Shown one piece after another: positions 63,543 through 64,000 of a stretch of DNA of 64,000 nucleotides (its first letter is position 1; every line of letters starts with the position of its first letter). Origin of the DNA: an uncultured Holophagae bacterium (GTDB lineage Bacteria; Acidobacteriota; Thermoanaerobaculia; Thermoanaerobaculales; Sulfomarinibacteraceae); the NCBI GenBank assembly GCA_963710645.1, contig CAVQBD010000002.1:74828-138827 (forward strand). The letters are read 5' to 3'. The translations under genes and the position numbers were made by a program. Under the pieces are notes generated by a model that saw only the letters and a program-made list of their open reading frames with translations, was not told the DNA's origin and made no database searches.

Positions 63543-64000
63543 ACGTATGAGGTATGAGGTATGGAGGGTGGAAGGCGAGTACAGACGGTTACAGGTCATT
63601 CGATATTCGAAAATTCCATCGCACCGGCCTCGTGTGCATTTTTGGATTCCCTCCCAGCGAACGACCCGGAGGTGATCACGACGCGCTCCCAGGTACAGCG
63701 ATCAGCGGCAGTCGGCAGCGGCCGGAACAGGGACAGCGACCGGTGTCCGGGGCAGATGGCGGCATCGGTGATGGGCGACCGCAATCCGGGGCAATCCCAG
63801 CTGATCACCGCCGCGGCCCCTGACTGCTGCCTCTGATTGCTGTTCCCGGCCGCTGTCCCTGAACGCCATCGCCGCCGCTGCCATTCGGGCACGGGCGTTC
63901 GCCTCGATTCGTTGACTGAGACGCGCCCATCTCCCAACCGCGCTCCCCGAGGGAGCCCCCCTTAACATCGCTGGGACCTCAATGAGGTAGATTCCCCAAT
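63543..64000. repeat. Mosaic repeat copy truncated by the window end
   Basis: (GAGGTAT)x3 at 63545-63565. Module A in reverse orientation (63645-63891). Module B forward (63923-63952). Left hairpin arm TTAACATCGCTGGGA at about 63962-63976; the right arm is beyond the window. Confidence 0.8.

Overview
High-GC chromosomal window (roughly mid-60s % by eye, not computed) from a Gram-negative-type bacterium. It encodes a Pal lipoprotein, a class A PBP and two sigma54 enhancer-binding proteins. The taxon cannot be fixed from this window. I support about 55 protein genes, mostly housekeeping, envelope, transport and signalling, plus tRNA-Val(TAC) and tRNA-Asp(GTC).

I saw no transposase, integrase, CRISPR/cas, toxin-antitoxin pair or recognisable defence island. 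Because of the GC content, almost every real gene is shadowed by long antisense or out-of-frame ORFs in the supplied track. I discarded those and trimmed several N-terminal extensions to starts with a ribosome-binding site.

The most unusual signal is non-coding. Most longer intergenic regions are built from a modular repeat system that I do not recognise as a named family. Its parts are:
- short tandem repeats with a dominant 7-nt period, using a different heptamer at each locus
- a conserved C-rich/G-rich box (about GATCCCCCGCCCACCCGG)
- two conserved modules (B and C) that flank a hairpin whose stem co-varies between copies and which is absent in one copy
- a ~230-nt structured module (A) found in both orientations relative to B
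- one copy carrying a four-helix-bundle (23S-IVS/Avd-like) ORF as a 528-bp filled-versus-empty insertion

Protein-level points worth a second look:
- a partner-switching operon (RsbW/RsbV/RsbU-like, no sigma factor) behind an exact sigma54 promoter and next to a GAF-sigma54 activator
- two adjacent secreted metalloproteases sharing a C-terminal LFSDGF-x-G..W motif
- a stand-alone MgtE N-domain/CBS protein coupled to MgtE
- a corrinoid protein with a homocysteine methyltransferase but no visible methyl-donor methyltransferase
- a J-like domain lacking HPD paired with a DUF4388-like partner
- SurE with a signal peptide

All functional calls rest on motif recognition by eye; no database search was run.
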